From NCBI GenBank assembly GCA_965248575.1, contig CBDFJQ010000002.1:992001-1056000 (forward strand): a stretch of 64,000 nt of DNA, given 5' to 3'. Source of the stretch: Planctomycetota bacterium. Its GTDB lineage: Bacteria > Planctomycetota > B15-G4. Within the stretch, counting starts at the first letter, position 1; every line of letters begins with the position of its first letter. The position numbers and the translations under genes were made by a program. Below the pieces are notes generated by a model that ran no database searches, was not told where the DNA came from, and saw nothing but the letters and a program-made list of their open reading frames with translations. Shown here one piece after another: positions 61,201 to 64,000 of the stretch.

Positions 61201-64000
61201 GCACAACCTCGACCACATCGACGTGCAAATCCCGCACGGGAAGTTGACGGTCATCACCGGCCCGTCGGGGTCGGGCAAGACGAGCCTCGCCTTCGACACC
61301 CTCTTCGCCGAGGGCCAACGCCGCTTCGTGGAGAGCCTGTCCACCTACGCGCGACGCTTCCTCGAGCGCATGCAGCGCCCGCCTGTCGAATCCATCGACG
61401 GCCTGGCGCCAGCCATCGCCATTGACCAGAAGACGGCGGGGCGCAACCCGCGCTCCACCGTGGCCACCTCGACGGAGATCCATGACTACCTGCGGTTGTT
61501 GTTCTCGCGGGTGGGAGTCGCCCACTGCTGGACCTGTGAGCGGGTCCTCCAGGGCTGGGCACCCACACAGGCGGCTGTCGACCTGGTCGCGCGCGCTGGG
61601 GGGCAGCGGGCCCGCATCAGCGCATCGCTCTACACCAAGCTGCACAAGCACCCCACGGCGCTCAGCAAGCCGGAGGAGGTCATGGAGTTGCGCGAGGAGC
61701 TTCTGGGCGATGGCTTCGCCCGGCTGCTCGTGAACGGTGAGGAGGTTCGTCTCGATGAGCTCAGCTCCACGGCATCAGCCAAGAGTGTCGAGCTGGTCAT
61801 CGACCGCATCAAGGTCGACGGCCGCAAGCGCACCCGCCTGGCCGAGGCCCTCGGTCTGGCCCAGCAGCGAGGTCTCGGGCTGGCGCACGTACACCTCGAA
61901 GACGGCAGCGTCGTCGACTATGAAGCCCGCCCAGGTTGCGCCCGCTGCGGCAACATGCTTCCGGCAGAAGGCCTGACTCCGCGCATGTTCTCCTTCAACA
62001 ACCACGCAGGTGCCTGCCCCGACTGTGAGGGCATGGGCCGCGTGCTCTCCTTGGACGTCGAGCGCCTCATCGACCGCCCGAACCGGCCGCTGCTCGAAGG
62101 CGCCATGACGTCCCGCGTGGGGCGGCACATCGGCCGCCGCGGTGGCTGGTACTCCCAGGCACTGAATCAGGTCGCGGAGCGCCATGGGGGCAATCTGGAA
62201 CGCCCCTGGTCCACCCTTTCACGCAGCGTGCAGAAGGCCGTCCTGAAAGGCACCGGGAACGACTCCACCATCGCGGTGCACTACGACAGCAGCTCGAGCG
62301 GCCGCAGCCGGCAGGTGGACTTCGAGGTCCAGTGGCAAGGCCTCATCCCGCTGGTCGAAGGCTGGTGGCGTGGCACGGAGAAGGAGGGCTGGTGGCGGGC
62401 CGCCCTCGAAGAACTCATGAGCGACGACGAGTGCCGCGGCTGTCAGGGTGGCCGCCTGCGCCCGGAATCCGCGGCGACGAAGGTCGGCGACATCGGCATC
62501 GCGGACCTGGCTCGCCAGACCGTCAGCGAAGCCCGCAGCACCATGCACGGCCTCAAGCTCAAGGGCAACGCGCGCACCATCGCGGAAGACATCCTGAACG
62601 AGATCCGCAACCGCCTCGACTTCCTGGTGAACGTCGGCCTCGGTTATCTCTCGCTCTCCAGACCGAGCTCGACCTTGTCGGGTGGCGAGGCCCAGCGCAT
62701 CCGGCTGGCCAGCCAACTGGGCAACCGCCTGGTGGGCGTGCTCTACGTCCTGGACGAACCCTCCATCGGCCTGCACCCCAGGGATCAAGCGCAGCTGCTC
62801 GGCACCCTCACCGAGCTTCGCGACCTGGGCAACACCATCGTGGTGGTCGAGCACGACGAGCAGACCATGGAGATGGCCGACCACATCATCGACCTCGGGC
62901 CAGGCGCCGGACGACACGGGGGCAAGGTGGTGGCGGCGGGCTCGCCGGACAAGATCCGCCGCAGCCGGCGCTCCCTGACGGGCCGCTATCTCTCCGGGCG
63001 CATGACGGTGCCTGTCCCTGCCGAGCGGCGCGAGGGGCAGGGCCAGCTCACCCTCAAAGGTGCCCGTCTGCACAACCTCCGCAAGCTCACGGCCCGCTTC
63101 CCGTTGCGCGTCCTGACGGTTGTCACGGGCGTCTCGGGTTCCGGCAAGTCCAGCCTCGTGAGTGGGCTGCTTGTGCCTGCGGTGCACGCCAAGCTGGAGG
63201 CCACTGGCGATGCGCCGAGCCAGATGGGGGAGCTGACCGGCGTGCGCCACAAGCTGGACAAGTTGCTCGTCATCGATCAGTCCCCCCTCGGCCGCTCACC
63301 CCATAGCAACGCAGCCACCTATAGCGGCGCCTTCGGCGAGATCCGGAATCTCTTCGCCGCAACCGCCGAATCCCGCATGCGCGGCTTCGGCCCAGGGCGC
63401 TTCAGCTGCAACGTGAAGGGCGGCCGCTGCGAGAGCTGCCAGGGCCGGGGAGTGGAGGTGGTCGAGATGCACTTCCTCTCCGATGTGTCCATCACCTGCG
63501 ACGCGTGCAATGGGCGCCGCTTTGGTCGTGAGACACTCGAGGTGCACTGGAAGGGGCACACGATCGCCGACGTCCTGGAAATGGACATCGACACCGCGCT
63601 CGAGGTTTTCGGCAGCCACAAGCGTATCCAGCGCCGGCTGTCCTACCTCTCACAGGTGGGGCTCGGCTATCTCAAGCTGGGCCAACCCGCAACGACGCTC
63701 TCGGGCGGGGAGGCCCAACGCGTGAAGCTCGCCTCGGAGCTGGCGCGCCCGGGCACGGGCAACTCCCTGGTCGTGCTCGATGAGCCCACCACGGGCCTGC
63801 ACGTCGACGACGTCGCCCGGCTCGTCAAGGTCTTGCAAGACATGGTGGACAGTGGCAATACCGTGATCGTCATCGAGCACAACCTCGATGTCATCAAGAA
63901 CGCAGATCACCTGATCGACATGGGCCCCGAAGGGGGCAAGGCAGGTGGTCGCATCGTGGTGGCGGGAACCCCCGAAGAGGTTGCCAGCCACCCCACATCG
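58280..64000 (+). CDS. uvrA: Double-length excinuclease ABC subunit A (two fused UvrA units), 3' truncated by window
   Basis: ATG 58280 (ATGA overlap with suhB): MTLQDVVVRGAREHNL. Four Walker A motifs in one frame (58376, 60209, 61259, 63128) and four LSGGEAQR..LDEP motifs. At least 1907 codons; absent from the ORF track, consistent with no in-frame stop. Confidence 0.95.
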   Translation, partial: MTLQDVVVRGAREHNLQGVDVTIPRLALTTITGVSGSGKSSLAFDTIYQEGQRRYVESLSSYARQFLGRMEKPKIDQIDGLSPTLLIDQKTVNRNPRSTVGTVTEIYDSLRLLFARLGIPHCAVCGAAVKAQPVDSIVETILARWPGERIALLAPIVRDRKGTYRRDLEGWRLKGYTRVWVDGVERRLDEEIELVRNERHTLELVVDRVRLEAERVGRLSEGVETACRLADGFVHVRVGKGEPTAFSTRNTCPEGHGDFPELEPRLFSFNSPHGACPACEGLGKRRQPDPDLLIADAGLSIRDGALRVSNKTGYMSYVRLGPKSLDAVAAAFDIDLDVPWKKLPKRAKRVMLHGSGEREVTLEWDWKSRDGNKTVHGSDTKPFEGLLPAIERHVGLPGFRQVERFLATRICDDCEGTRLGPSPRAVTFHDLRLDELTALTVSEARKFFQSLSFSEREKLVGKPILAEITKRLSFLDEVGLEYLSLDRSSRTLSGGEAQRVRLATQVGSGLQGVLYVLDEPSIGLHARDNQRLIATLHALRDRGNTVLVVEHDEETILASDHIIDIGPGAGRLGGHVLSEGTAAEVLRGTQTLTTDYLTGRRGIDLPQQRRTGNGEQLSILGASARNLVDLDVSFPLGCLIAVTGVSGSGKSTLVDHVLRRSLARTLHRAEKVPGEHREIRGIEQVDKIIEIDQQPIGRTPRSNPATYTGVMDLIRDVFANTPEAKVRGYAKGRFSFNVKGGRCESCEGAGVNTIEMQFLPDVQVPCEVCNRRRYNSETLEIQYRGQAIDQILDMTVDEGLEFFAHHRKTGRILQTLHDVGLGYVSLGQPSTTLSGGEAQRMKLASELCRPATGSTLYVLDEPTTGLHFEDIRVLVAALQRLVDAGNTLIVVEHNLDVIKVADHVIDLGPEGGTGGGEIVAQGTPEEVAAVQASHTGRALAPLLKPRKVHMPKAVTKKRKATAVPRALTVKGASLHNLDHIDVQIPHGKLTVITGPSGSGKTSLAFDTLFAEGQRRFVESLSTYARRFLERMQRPPVESIDGLAPAIAIDQKTAGRNPRSTVATSTEIHDYLRLLFSRVGVAHCWTCERVLQGWAPTQAAVDLVARAGGQRARISASLYTKLHKHPTALSKPEEVMELREELLGDGFARLLVNGEEVRLDELSSTASAKSVELVIDRIKVDGRKRTRLAEALGLAQQRGLGLAHVHLEDGSVVDYEARPGCARCGNMLPAEGLTPRMFSFNNHAGACPDCEGMGRVLSLDVERLIDRPNRPLLEGAMTSRVGRHIGRRGGWYSQALNQVAERHGGNLERPWSTLSRSVQKAVLKGTGNDSTIAVHYDSSSSGRSRQVDFEVQWQGLIPLVEGWWRGTEKEGWWRAALEELMSDDECRGCQGGRLRPESAATKVGDIGIADLARQTVSEARSTMHGLKLKGNARTIAEDILNEIRNRLDFLVNVGLGYLSLSRPSSTLSGGEAQRIRLASQLGNRLVGVLYVLDEPSIGLHPRDQAQLLGTLTELRDLGNTIVVVEHDEQTMEMADHIIDLGPGAGRHGGKVVAAGSPDKIRRSRRSLTGRYLSGRMTVPVPAERREGQGQLTLKGARLHNLRKLTARFPLRVLTVVTGVSGSGKSSLVSGLLVPAVHAKLEATGDAPSQMGELTGVRHKLDKLLVIDQSPLGRSPHSNAATYSGAFGEIRNLFAATAESRMRGFGPGRFSCNVKGGRCESCQGRGVEVVEMHFLSDVSITCDACNGRRFGRETLEVHWKGHTIADVLEMDIDTALEVFGSHKRIQRRLSYLSQVGLGYLKLGQPATTLSGGEAQRVKLASELARPGTGNSLVVLDEPTTGLHVDDVARLVKVLQDMVDSGNTVIVIEHNLDVIKNADHLIDMGPEGGKAGGRIVVAGTPEEVASHPTS

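Overview
GC-rich bacterial chromosomal window, densely coding and almost entirely housekeeping. The gene set suggests Planctomycetota (inference from the TsaC-phosphatase fusion before rpiB, the double-length UvrA and the FG-GAP protein). No integrase, transposase, phage gene or CRISPR array was seen. Contents in order: pyk (partial), dcd, sucCD, tatA-mobA, polyprenyl synthase, rhomboid, a large secreted unknown protein, serS, a type II secretion gspDEFGHIJ cluster, PTS EIIA, an extended rpsU, rpiB, a TsaC/LMW-phosphatase fusion, a sensor-less histidine kinase with a sigma54 activator, dnaK, a GldA/F/G-like ABC module, purN, an FG-GAP protein, yggS, tilS, gap-pgk-rpe-accD, tRNA-Asn, pduO, tgt, sahR-ahcY, mrp-DUF971-glyA, purC-purE-mtnA, galE, dacB and suhB. 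The window ends in a fused tandem UvrA of at least 1907 codons that the ORF track missed because it runs off the end. The most unusual items are a pseudopilin ending in a DnaJ-like G/F-DIF tail, a sigma54-like promoter before dnaK right behind an NtrC-type pair, two candidate nucleoid-associated proteins, a candidate structured RNA between ahcY and mrp, a SahR-type operator over a leaderless promoter, and the double UvrA. All product calls rest on motif recognition by eye; no database search was run.
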